Below are positions 23,823 through 36,495 of a DNA stretch of 64,000 nucleotides, piece after piece. This DNA comes from Octopus sinensis (Eukaryota): the NCBI RefSeq assembly GCF_006345805.1, contig NC_042999.1, forward strand, positions 131,254,001-131,318,000. The letters are read 5' to 3'. The notes under the pieces were generated by a model. The model was not told the DNA's origin. It searched no databases and saw only the letters and a program-made list of their open reading frames with translations. Positions within the stretch are counted from its first letter, which is position 1; each line of letters opens with the position of its first letter. The position numbers were made by a program, and so were the translations under genes.

Positions 23823-25211
23823 CTGAAAGTAAAATAGAAAAGATATATCTTTTATCTTTTACTTGTTTCAATCATCAGACTGTAGCCATACAGGGGAAGT
23901 CTCTTGAAGAATTTTAGTCAAAGGAATCGACCCCAGTCCTTATTTTTATTTTAAGCCTAGTACTTATTCTATCAGTCTTTTTTTACTGAGCCACTAAGTC
24001 ACAGGGATGTAAACACACCAATGCCAGCTATCAAGTAGTGATGGGGGACAAACAGACACAAAAAGACACACACACAGACATGATACAAAATATAATACAA
24101 AGTTGAGAATGGTAGAAGATTCTGCTCATGCTCCACTGTTAGTGTGGGAGTTTTTGTCAGAGCCAATAGGAGCTGTGAAAATTGAAGTGACTGAGAACTT
24201 CAGAGAGGAGTGATGGATGAAAGAAATTTGAACAGTTCTTGGTATACAGAAGAATTTGGACAGTGGTAGAAACAATGAAAAGTAAGTAATGAGAGTCTTC
24301 TACAGTCAGGTTGTCTCCATAAAGAAGGATTGCATATGATTTTGATGTGGATTTTAAAGATAAAATAGAGTGTAAGTCAGACATAGGCAATTTTTTTTAA
24401 AAATGAGACAAGGCTCATCATTAGCCAAGCCATACTACTAAAGCAATTCAAAGCCATTCTTGGCTGGGTGTGCTGTTTAGAAAGTCCCATAGACTACAGA
24501 CTGTCCATATAGGTACTAGTGAGCAGAAAAAGAAAGAACATGTGTAAATGGATTGGTTGATTCTTCCAAAACTCATACTTTGTTTTAAAAGTGGGTGCAT
24601 GTAGTCATGTGTGCACATACAAGAAAGTCTTACATACACACACACATACCCCCCCCCCACGCACATGCAGGATGGAAAGTTAAAAGAAGCCAAGTCCAAC
24701 CACTTAGAATAAGGAACTCAAAGACAAGTATAAAAACAAATAAATATTTAATATATAGAAACCTGTAGGATGAGTAGTACCAATCACCATAATATTGTTA
24801 TACTATAAATACAATTTACTACACTGAAGATAATAGTGACATTTTTGTAAGTAAACAATAGCATGGATAGTCCTGGTAGTATGTAGGCATTTCAAATCAC
24901 CTAACTACCATGAATAGACCCTCAGACAATGTGTAAGATTGGATCAGAGTCAAATAGTTAGTTATCTCGTTCTATGTAGTCACTGGAGTAGAACCCTAGT
25001 ATTGGTTACAGTCAGTGTATGATAAATAGTGTGCATCATCTTATCCAATGTTAAACTTATCATGCATAACTATCTACCACAAAATTAACATTTTCATTTT
25101 CTACAATGATTATTAATTGCTTATAGGAACTATAAGAAAAATAATAGTGGTACTAGTTGACAGTATTTAAAATATTGAAGCTAACAGTGATTAGTAAAAT
25201 GAATCACTTGC

Positions 25212-25524
25212 CTTGGATTGTTGTTGGTTACAAGAACTTTTCCTTGATACTGATTTCATAGGTTTACAACAGCCAAATTGACTTATTAGCTGATGATGAT
25301 CCAACATTGTGTTCTGAAAGAAGTCATATCTCTGTTGCAAATGTTCGAGTTGCTTTATTTTGATTTTCTTTCGCTCTTCCTTTTCATTTTTATGTAACAG
25401 CAATTGTGTGATTGTTTCCCAGTTCTTTAGTACTTGCAATGACTGCAATATTTTACAATGAAAACTAATGGACAAGATTCTACTTAAATGATCAGACAAA
25501 AAAGCAATCAGTTTAGTTGTGTTC
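25212..25524 (-). CDS. Coiled-coil gene, exon 2 (NTTKLIAFLSDHLSR..NQQQSK)
   Basis: ttgcag| acceptor completes CT|G from exon 1; 313 bp open; AAG|gcaagt GC-type donor, phase 0. Confidence 0.6.
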
Positions 25525-26382
25525 CTGCAATTACAACATCAATGCAGTGCAGCCATGCTGATCCATAACAAGCTACATCTGAAAATAGATGTGCTATTCT
25601 AAAAACGTCACAACAAAAGGTTTATAGATCCACAGTTAATTTAATTGTCATTGGATCATTTTTCAGGGAACCTTTTAGCATAAAGGAAATATAATATGTT
25701 GCCTAATATATCACTTTTCCTGTTTTATTATATGCTTTGGACATTTGTACTTAACAGTGTCAATTTTCCCATTTATTTTATCTTTTGTAAGTTAATAATT
25801 TTGCTCAGTTGTTTTTACTCTTTTTTAATTATTGTTTTTTTCCTTTTAAACAATACCCTGTATTCTTTTGGTATTTGAGCTTTAATAGTGTCACTTTATC
25901 CATTTCTTTTATCAATGCCTAGACATAAATGCATAAAATTCATTGGTCACCAATGGACAGTATAATTATCACATAAATCAACTTGACTATAGATAAAGAT
26001 ATGGCTTTGAAACCACATGATTTTAGATTCAGTCCCACTGTGTAGAATCTTGGACACGTTTCTCCCACTGTAACCTCATGGCCAACAATGATTTGTGGGT
26101 GAATTTGGTATATGGAAATTATGCAGTAGCCCATCATATATATGTGATGGGGAGGCACATGTGTGCAAGTGTGTGTGTGCGTGTGTGTGTGTGTGTGTGT
26201 GTCTGCATGTATCTTTGTATTTGTCCCATCACCACTTGACAAAGGGTGTTGGTTTGTTTATACCACTGTGATTTAGCAGTTTGATATAAGAGACTGATAC
26301 ATTAAGTACCAAAATCAAAAAATAATTACTGGAGTTAATTTCTTTGACTAAACCCTTCAATGTGCTGCCACATAAATGATAG

Positions 26383-26560
26383 AAGATAAACAAGTCACAA
26401 GAGCAGACTATACAAAATCTTACATTATATTTCAGGTACATAATATTCATTCATGGACAATTATATGCTGCTCTATCAAGGACAAGCAAAGGAACATATG
26501 CTATTATTTCGAATTCTGACAAGATCAAAAACATTTTTATTTCCACTATTGACAACAAAA
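26383..26560 (+). pseudogene. Helitron/PIF1-family helicase C-terminal fragment
   Basis: In-frame KINKSQEQTIQNLTLYFRYIIFIHGQLYAALSRT resembles PIF1 motifs TINKSQGQT and FSHGQLYVALSR. Confidence 0.75.
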
Positions 26561-26636
26561 CACCTGTGAGTTTATACTGTGTTTGTACCAGAATCACAAG
26601 TCTGTGTCCAGAACAACAATTAATATATGTATTATA

Positions 26637-26669
<33 letters not shown>

Positions 26670-26672
<3 letters not shown>

Positions 26673-26847
26673 CTAAGTAATTAAGGGTTTAGCAACGATT
26701 TGCCTCACCACACACCGAATTTAGAAATAGCAGTCAAAGAGTTATAGCTATTCTTTCTACTAAAAGGGTTATAGCTATTCTAAATGCTATTTCTAAATTC
26801 GGTGTGTGGTGAGGCAAATCGTTGCTAAACCCTTAATTACTTAGTAT
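26670..26847. mobile_element. Foldback element: perfect ~62-bp inverted arms, 52-bp spacer
   Basis: Arms 26671-26732 and 26785-26846; spacer has gttatagctattct twice; (TA)n on the left. Confidence 0.8.
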
Positions 26848-26944
26848 TACTTAAACTTTCCTCGAATGAGGCTTTTACATGCCGAAATCTACTTGGTGAA
26901 ATTAATGATTATTCCAAATTAATTAGTTTCACCCTATATTATTA

Positions 26945-26995
<51 letters not shown>

Positions 26996-27004
26996 TATAT
27001 ATAT

Positions 27005-27050
<46 letters not shown>

Positions 27051-27052
27051 TA

Positions 27053-27178
27053 GATGTTAGGAAGGGCATCCAGCTGTAAAAACCCTGCCAAAACAGACAA
27101 AGAAGTTTGGTGCAGGCTCCTGTCAAACTGTCCAACCCATGCCAGCATGGAAGGTGGATGTTAAATGATGATGATGAT
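27053..27178 (+). mobile_element. Short RTE LINE 3' end with (GAT)n tail
   Basis: gttaggaagggcatccagctgta..tccaacccatgccagcatggaa..gttaaatgatgatgat; same end at 46740-46892, 55990-56170, 58315-58507. Confidence 0.8.
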
Positions 27179-27207
27179 ACACACACACACACACACACAT
27201 GTGCATA

Positions 27208-28447
27208 TGAGGGTTGGCTGAAAAGTTACTTTCATGGAATGTTACCAAATGTGGTTTATTTTTTCAACATGTTCCCCATGAGGTTCCCACACCTCTTCCA
27301 TTGGTGTCACAGTGCATTGGTGAAAAAAGCTTTCATTCTGTTTGGCAAAAAAAGTCATCAACAGCAGATATGATGCCATCATCATTGTGATACTGGTTAC
27401 CAGCCAATTGTTTTTACATGTTGGGGAACAGATGATAGTCAGATGAAAATAAGAAGGGTGACCAAACAGTTCAAAGCCACAGTCACATACAGTAGCCATT
27501 GAAACCAAAGATTTTTGTGCTGGAGCATTGTCCTGATGAAACACGAACCCTATCATCAGTTTTCCTTGGCATTTGGTCTTGATAACATTTCATACCTGCC
27601 TCAGCAAAATAGCATAGTACTCACCATTGATGGTGTGGCCTTTTTGAAGACAGTCAATAAACACAATATCTTTTGCATCCCAAAAAACAGAGGCCATCAC
27701 CTTCCTTACAGATAATACACTCTTGACCTTCTTTGGAGCAGTTGAGGAGGGGTGTTTCCACTGCGTAGATTGTCTCTGGCTCAAAGTGAGGAACCCATCC
27801 TGGGTTAGGAACCGTTCAAGAAAACTAGCTGGTTTTCCTCAAACAATGCCAGATTTTCCTGTGATGTGATCAGCATGATGTGCTTTTGATCAGATATCGG
27901 ATGTGGCACCCACCAAGCAGAAACCTTCGTCATGCCAAATTCACTGTGCAGAATATTCTCAAATCTCTCATGAGATATGTTAATAGCGGTGGCTATTAGA
28001 TTTATAGTCAACTGCTGTCATTCACAACCATTTGGTGAACACAATCAATGTTTTTGATGTTGGTAGTAGTTGCAGGATGGCCAGACCTTGGGTCATCTTC
28101 AAGATTCTCCCGTTCACTCCTATATTCAGCCACCCACTTTTGCACTATTGATAAAGCTGAAGCATAATCCCCTAACATAGCAACCATGTCAGCATGAATG
28201 TCTTTGGGGGCTAAGCCCTTTTTCTGCAAGTATTTGATAACACCAGGATGCCAAATTTTGTCCATTTTCAAAAGAAGTTGCTACTAGTTATTTTTGAAGT
28301 CTTCTTTGAACAGTCAGATGTCAGTTTACCTGGAATAAAACAATGCAGTTGTTAATAAGAAGAGTTGAAATTAATGCATGCAACACTTCACACAGCTCTA
28401 TTATCATTCCTTCATAGCCAGCCTATAAACTTTTCAGCTTACCCTCA
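27208..28447 (-). mobile_element. Mariner-like transposon, decayed transposase
   Basis: TIRs tgagggttggctgaaaagtt / aacttttcagcttaccctca, TA on both sides; fragments ..LEDDPRSGHP, SAWWVPH, SVFWD, HQDNAP. Confidence 0.88.
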
Positions 28448-30427
28448 TATTACTATAGGTGTAACTAAAAAGTCTATGAGGGCTAAGTTAGGTCTGTCTG
28501 ATTAATAATCCTTGTATGTGCTACATTCTATAGTGTTATCTGTGCCATGATTATAAAGATTGGCTGTATCAGAAGTATTGGTGATAGAGAAAGTAGATTT
28601 CCAATCTCTTGATTGTATGTGGTTGTATTACACACACACATTACCATATATATGTGCACAGAGGGAGACCGAGAGAGAGAGAGAGAGAGAGAAAGCGGGT
28701 TTTAATTAATAATGAGGCTTATCATAATGAACTTCAAATATTTTCAGAAAAACACTTACTTTTTGATCTGGCCATCTTCCATTAAGTGTATCTTCTCTTC
28801 CTTTGTAAATATGGCACAGAATTAAGAACAAAAATATTAGCCAAATCAAATCAAAATTGAAACAGAAAACAGTAAATATAAGACATTTTGAAACATTGTT
28901 TTCAGTTAAGCATATACAAAAGCAATATTTGTAGGTATTGATATCAAAGAAACTACCTTTACAACCATGTGGCTTCGTGTTCAGTCCCACTGCATGGCAC
29001 TTTGGACAAGTATCTTTTACTATAGCCCTGGGTCAACTAATACCTGAAATTTCAGTGAAGGGGGTTAGTTGATTACATCAACACCAGAGCTCTACAGGTA
29101 CTCATTTTATTCACCCTGGAATGATGAAGGGCAAAGCTAATCTTGGCAGAATCTGAACTCAGAACGTAAAGAGCTGGAAGAAATGCCACTAAGTATTTTG
29201 ACCAACATTCTAACAATACTGTTAGCTCACTGCTTTTGTCACAATATTAAATATCGGTCTCAAATTTTGGCACAAGGTCAGCAATTTCAGGAGAGTGGGT
29301 AAGTCAATTACACCATCCCAAATGTTTGACTGATACTTATTTTATCAACCCTAAAAGGATGAAAGGCAAAGTCAACCTTGGTGGAATTTGAAACCGCAAT
29401 ATTAAATATTATTGTTAATGGTTCGACGGCAACAGTGATTTTAGACAAAGTAATGTAAGGATTATTAGACATATACATACCAACTTACCAATTTAAATAC
29501 AAATCCCACTACCACCACAAAAAATCTAAATAAAACTCAAATACATATTATCCCAGATTATCTGTATGATAACTATAACAATCACAATAACTCACCAATT
29601 ATCTTTGAAATATGAATAGTGGCTTCAACATCACCATTCCAGGACCTAGAATAGAACAAAAGAACCAAGGGTGCTATTATACTTCCAAGTTACCCTTATG
29701 TTAATGGTGCATTAATAGTATGCTATACTAAATAATTAAAATATTTTTATCTCATTTAGTTGAACGATTTCATTATGTAAGCTAATCGTTAATGATTTTA
29801 ACATTATTGCTTAAAGTATATCCCAAGTTATAATTTATGTAGCAAAAATCTTGAACAAATGTCATTATATAGAAAAGACATAGGTTAAATTAATGTTTTG
29901 AAATTAGACAAATACCGTAATTATCATATTTGTTTTTCTGCTTTTCCCCCCGGATTGATTTACTTTCATTATCAATACAGCAGAAATATGTACCTAAAGC
30001 CAAAGATCGACCAGTAACGTATGATGGCACGTTCGAGAAAAACTAACCGTAGATAATGGTCTCGCGGGTTTACTACCAAAAGAGAAAAATAAACACCATA
30101 GATAATACCGAAAACCCGTGCTGCGCATAGATTAACGCAACTTCTTAAAACACTTTATTTACAACCAGCCATAAGAAGGTGCTGCAAAGTGGTAAAGGTT
30201 GCCCTTTGTAAGTAAGGATAACGCTGTCGTCGTCCCAGTGAGATTGACGAAGTCATCGTTAATAAAGCGATCAAACAGTAAAGAATGGTAGTTTTAAACT
30301 ATTCATGCGAGGATATTACACCTCGGTTATAACACCATATACTAATGATGTGAAGCTATGTTACGTCGACTACAACGAATAAATATAAACAGACCAAGAA
30401 GAATGAACAAACGATAATATTACATAC

Positions 30428-30603
30428 AGTTTTATAAGGAGAATTAGTTTATTTAATTGTTCAAGAACTCTTCCAGTTTCAGCTTGACTCAGTTTAAGCA
30501 TTTCTTTCAATTTTTCAATTTCATCTACTTTTGGTTCATTCAGTTGAGAGACTTCATCAATAACAGGTAAACTTTCTTTACTCTGAGTGTACACCCCGCT
30601 CAT
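30428..30603 (-). CDS. Coiled-coil gene, first coding exon (MSGVYTQSKES..EIEKLKEMLKLSQAETGRVLEQLNKLILLIK)
   Basis: cacc-ATG context; heptad-like E/K/L pattern; CT|gtatgt donor at 30428. Confidence 0.65.
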
Positions 30604-31891
30604 GGTGAAACGATTTGGTTAAAAAGGTGTTTCTCTGTGTGGTTTCACTTCAATAGTAAATTAGAAGTTATTTACTTTTTCATAAATAACATTAATTAAT
30701 CAAGGCAACAAACTTAGGAATTGTTTTTCTTTTTCTTTTACAGACAAGGAGACTATCGTTTTCAATTAAATCGGTGAAGCCAAATTCAAATCTGATAACC
30801 TATTTTCCCTAGTCTCTAGATGTTAAATAACCCCCAAAACATTCTACGTTTCCTTTTCCTTCCCCAGCTTCTATTCTATGACCAGGCTGTGTTATTTTTG
30901 TGTGCGATGTTTGATGTTAGTCATGCCAGACAATGGTGTTAGTTTCACTGGTGAGTCACAAATCCTGTTCCCAACCATCCACTAAAAGTGTGTAGACATT
31001 AAGTCGCTGAATTTATATTTTTATTATTTATGTTGTAGTTTCTTCTTTTGTATTTGTGGTATAAATAGCTCCCTTTCTGCAGGAACTATCAATAGTCCAA
31101 CCAAAATTGCTTTGATATGTACTTTCCATAATGGAGATTTGATGGGGTGAAACGCTCGCTAATATCCGTTGCTTACAGTCCCAAAGTTGTCAAGGAAGAA
31201 GTCTAGGATATAACACAACGAAGGAATTTTTAGAGACATCCTACTTCCCTTTAATTTTTTTTTTTTTTTTTGCCATAAGATTTCAGTATGTTATCTACCA
31301 ATTTGCGACAATTGTCAGCTTTGTGATTCCCGATATTTTAAACAACAGCAGCAAAAGATGTCCATGCTTTCTTCTGTCTTGTTTAATTTAAGGAAGACTG
31401 ATGAATCGCAAATGATATTTATGAATCTATGGTTCAAACTTAACATTTGTCGATATTTCAATGAATTTGTCCTTAAATTAAATATTGGTTTCAAATTTTG
31501 GTACAAGGCCAACAGTTTTTGAGCCGTTGGGGTTATCCAGAAGTGATGGAAAAGAGACCAGATGGTCTTACCCTCTGTCCCTAAGTTAGAGGTAGATGCG
31601 ACTCCTTTGCTTCCTCCTACATCCTGGATGCTGCAGTTAAGTAGCCGAACGGAAGAAAACCCTGAAGTATCGAGACCCGACTATGAACTAGCTTTTCTAA
31701 CCTGTGGCGTTTCAGACGTTCGTAGGGACTATGCCACTAACCGTGAAGTTCTTGTCAACGTTGGCAGCTCGCCTCACTGAAATGTCTGTTAGGTGATACG
31801 GAAAGAGTTCCTTTTGTACACCCCCATGAAATTTTTTTAATTTTTTATATATATTAGACGTGGTGGAAAATTGATTTCCTACCATGTCTTA

Positions 31892-32530
31892 GGATCTTTT
31901 CGGTTTGAATAGCAGTTTTTAAAAATAATTTCCACGTAACTAAACACTTTTAAACTTCGTATACTGGTAGAATGTGTTTTTTGTTTGTTTTTTGTTTTTG
32001 TTTTTCCAGTTTCAGCTCTTGAGCTGTGGCCATGCTGGGGCACCGCCATTGTGGTGAAAGAGTACAGCAGGGATCACCACCCCCTGCCAGAGCCTCGTAG
32101 AGCTTTTTAGGTGTTTTCGCTCAATAAACACACACAACGCCCAGTCTGAGAATCGAAACCGCGATCCTGCGACCGCGAGTCCGCTGCCCTAACCACTAGG
32201 CCATTGCGCCTCTACAATGTTTATAAAACATCTTTTTCTCTTGGCTTTATTGATAAAATTCTATAGTTTGTAAGATATTTGTTGGTTTCGTTTCTTCAAT
32301 TTCAACCAATCAATGACGTCTGTTGGAGGTGAAAACATTCAGTGCCGTATGAATATGTCCCTCGTTTAAGAAACAGATTGGGTTTATTTACATTTCTGAA
32401 GAAAAAAAAGATACCCTTCCCCCCACCCTTAACCCTAAAACAGATTGAAATACAATAGATCGATACTAGGGTCATAATTATTTTTCATATGACACCGCTA
32501 GAAAAACTGCCGATCAAACCGAAAAGATCC
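31892..32530. mobile_element. MITE with 17-bp TIR GGATCTTTTCGGTTTGA, interrupted by a family C SINE
   Basis: ggatcttttcggtttga at 31892; tcaaaccgaaaagatcc ending 32530. Confidence 0.75.
32007..32216 (-). mobile_element. Family C SINE nested in the MITE
   Basis: tRNA head ggcgcaatggcctagtggttagggcagcgg..ggtttcgattc; homologous to 13435-13735. Confidence 0.8.
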
Positions 32531-32566
32531 GAATATATATATTTTCTCACACAACAATTAAGATAT

Positions 32567-32981
32567 GGCAATCTTTTGTCTCTAGTAGACCTTTCCGTCG
32601 ATTTCCGTAAAAATTTTTTTTTTTTACATATGGGCTTGCGGGAACTTTTGAAGTAATGAGAGCGAAAGACACTATGAGAAAGCGATTGTATGACGAGGGA
32701 AGTTCTTTTGGAGCTACCGTCCAGGGGAAGCATTGATGTACATGTGTGTGTGTTTGATGGGGTGTGGGAGACAGACAGTATGTTGTGTAAGTGAAGTGCT
32801 TCTGTTAGTGTGTGTGAAGAGACAGAGTAATGTGTGAAAGAAAGAGATAACTGAAATTTTTTACTCGGTGTATGTGTATATGTATGTATATTACTTCAAA
32901 AGTTCCCGTAAGCCCATACGTAAAAAAAAAAAAATTTTTACGGAAATCGACGGAAAGGTCTACTAGAGACGAAAGATCGCC
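32567..32981. mobile_element. MITE with ~91-bp TIRs
   Basis: 32567-32657 and 32890-32981 are reverse complements (ctagtagacctttccgtcgatttccgtaaaaa..gggaacttttgaagtaat). Confidence 0.8.
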
Positions 32982-33605
32982 TAAGATATATTTATTTTAA
33001 ATCGTTTCTTTGTAGTGAGAAAACTTTTATTCTCTCCCCCCCCTCTCCACACACACACACACACACACAAATGAAACCCAATTCGAGTTTCAGCCGGATA
33101 TATGCAAAGCAAAAGTGATCTTTTTTCTTCTAAGACGCTGCCACAGCCTGAAATGTTTAGTCGAACTAATATTTAGATTGGTAAAATTTAGAAAAAAGTT
33201 TGCATTTTGTTCAGATTAACCCAATGATTAGACAGCAATGTATGTAATATGTACCTTTCTGCAACAATTTGGTACTAATCCTTGTGTGTGTGTGTCTACA
33301 TATACACTCTTATATATATTCCACCCCACCCCCAGTTTTCCGGACAAAAAAGTGTTTTCTGGCATATTAGGAGGTCACCGTAATTCATTCAACAACAAAG
33401 AAATTCGGAGATGGTGGGGGCGGTTTTCCACCCACCCCTTTTTTCCGAACAAAAATAAGGGGTTTGTGGCACATTAGGAGGTCAGGATACTTGATTCCAC
33501 GCAAAAAATCCGAGGCTTTCTTTTCTTTTTATTTTTTTAGTGAAACGGGTGCGAGTGCACTTATCAAAATTTACCGAAGAAGGAACACAAAATGGTTTTT
33601 GAAAC

Positions 33606-33700
33606 GATTTAAATAATAATATAATAATGAAATTATTGTATACAGTGCTCAGGTGCACCACAACTTGTCAGAAAGTGCGTATAAAGTATATGCAGTAATG
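33606..33700 (-). mobile_element. 3' end of a LINE (probably CR1) with (ATT)n tail
   Basis: aataatgaaattattgtatacagtgctcaggtgcaccacaacttgtca shared with 53085-53300. Confidence 0.6.
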
Positions 33701-36424
33701 TACAAATTTGTAGAAAATGTGTCTGGGTCGATGATAAAAAATACTCTTAGCTCTTGTTCACATTGGGAGACGTCTGTTCATTGAGGCATATCTGGCAGTG
33801 TTACGTATAATGACTCCCGTTTGTGAGTGCAAGTGAAATGCATTACGAATGTGCAAGGGAAATGCATTATGAAAAGAAAAAAAACCCTGGTTGGTACCAG
33901 TGAACAAAGGAAATACCACTCCTGTCTCAGATCAGTTTTAACAGCTCGATCACAAATGCGCGCACGAGCAGAACATGCACATAGCCGCAAAAATTGATAC
34001 CCGAGTTACATGGACGTAAAATTTTAAGTTTGCTAGTAAAGACAAAGTAGTGTTGGGTCTCAGACGGAAATATAGATTGTACGTTAATGATTTGTAGGAG
34101 AGTGGAAATGAGGTTATATCACATACCTGCTTTTCTTCCCCGGAGGTATTTAACGTGAAACAAAATGAAATGCCTACAGCTGGAAATTGAAAACTATTCG
34201 TGGAGTGAATATAGTTAACTAAGAGATTAACTACAGCAGTCACCAACACAGAGAAATACATATTTTATTTCCCAAGATACAAGGCTAAGTATGGAAGAGG
34301 TATTATATTTAGGTGAAGTAGTAATCAGTGATATTTAATAAGTTACGGTTGCTTGGAAACTTCACTCGGAACTAATTAGAAAAAAAAGCGTAAAGAAAAG
34401 CAATGTAGTTATAAAAGAAAATCAAATGTTACTGGTGTTAAATATAATACTTATGATCTTTCTTTCAAAAAATACCTGTTTATAATATTTATTGTAAGAG
34501 TCGCTGAATTGAAAGATTTATAGTAATAGAAAATGAGAAAATGACAAATGATGTAAAGAAAATCATGACATATGTGGACTTACATGAAAATGAGATGTTT
34601 GACTAAATGGTTCGAATCGTTTGATGTTCCACCGTGAAAAAAAAAAAACTGCAAACAGACGACTCTTAAACGACACTTTCTACAAAAGATTAATTTAACG
34701 CGTCACTTTGGTTGGTCAGCATTTTACAAAGAGATAGCATCAGCTGAAAATAAATTGTTACAATAAACCGTTTGTTGATATCTGTTTACATGACACTGGT
34801 TTTATTTATTCATACCACTAAATTAATTATGCTATCAAGTTGGATTGTTTCCCGTAAATTATATACTACTTCGATCGAGTTTTATTGACCCTTTAGAAAC
34901 CTTGTACACAAGTTAGATATGTTAGGAAATGCACAGCTAGTATGATGAGACATCACAAGGAAAAGGTTAATCAATGTGACTAATCCAATGAAAATCTAAA
35001 CGGCGTCTTTAAGTTTTCAGTCTATCAATTATGTTATCCCTTATTCAAAACTTAAAGCAGATAATACATTTCAAATAAAGATTTTCAACATAAATATTAA
35101 GGTTGCAGTTTTCGGTGGCATATAACCGATTGAATTGACCTCAGTTTAGGACTGGTACTTTATAGACACCGACATGATTTGAATACTAAATATAAAGAAG
35201 TTATCACTAATGTTTGTCGCTTACTCTAATGATTCTACCAACTATTGCTCTTCAGTTCAGTTAAATAAGGATTTCTTTAACCCAAAGCTACACATCCTGA
35301 GAGGAAGTTTATAACTAATGTTACAGACTTGAGTACTTGACAGCAATTTATTTTATCAATTATACGGGGTAAAGCACTGAATTTGAACATAAAACGTAGA
35401 GGATGTAATTGAACACTCTGTGGTATCTGATGCTTCAACTTTTCAGCCAGATATCGCCTGACAGCTCCGATGGCTTCATTCCAAATTTTTATCGAACAAT
35501 CATTATGAATACTTCAAATGAATATTAGGTAGCTATAAGCTCTTAATAGACAACGTGTAGGCTCAGATGTTTGGTTGTGTCCCTTAAGCCATGTACTATT
35601 TCATCGTGGTCAAGCTTAGAGTACCCTGGGAGAACAGACTCGATATTTTTCAGTAGTAAAAGAAACCCAAATATCAAACCTTGATCAACGAGATCCTTAT
35701 CAAGTGATGGCAGTCGACTTCATTCCCTATTGAAGTTGACTGCTGCAGCTTTCCAGCAAGATCGATGCGCTGTTTCCTGCAGAAGATTAGTCTGAAACCC
35801 AATCGATTGAAGAACGCTACCAAGGCATGGCAGCTGAATCAACTCAAGGTGGAACCCTTTCGCAGGCGAAGACCAATTCAGTCCTCGTTACCTGACTTAA
35901 GCGAAGCATATAGGCTAAAGGGCAAAACGCTTGTGACCCTGAGATATCTGCTGACGATACGGAAAGGTTTCTAACATTGCTATTGATTTTGAACTTGCAA
36001 AACCTCTAAGTAGCTTCTGCAGTTTCGGCATGGAGAAAAGCATCTCCGAGGTTTATTTCACTTTCAGTCTGTTTTCTTTTCTTTTAAAAAAAATTTCTTT
36101 ACGAATTAGATAGGGTAAGAAATGCGTGTTTGGTTTGAAGTAGTTCCACAAAGAATGGAATTAACTTGCAACTGACAAGCCATTATAGTAATTCAAATAT
36201 TATTGCCCATGTGTTCCATTCAGAAATAAAACTAAATATCAAATGAAAGTAGTTAGCAAGTCCAAAATAATTTTTCGTTCATTCGGAAACTGCGTTCTTA
36301 TGTGGTAGTGTCATGTAATTTCTGATGTCTTGTTTATTGAAACTGACTGACGGAAAAAGTTGTGCGCTTGCTTTGCAGAAATAGAACCTAACTCAGCTCT
36401 AAACATGTTTTCCCATCATTTTTG

Positions 36425-36495
<71 letters not shown>

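Noticed and set aside
26858-26905. Hammerhead-like cgaatga-ggc..gcc-gaaa next to the palindrome
   Set aside because: Core is CGAAUGA rather than CUGANGA, and no stem III or cleavage triplet follows
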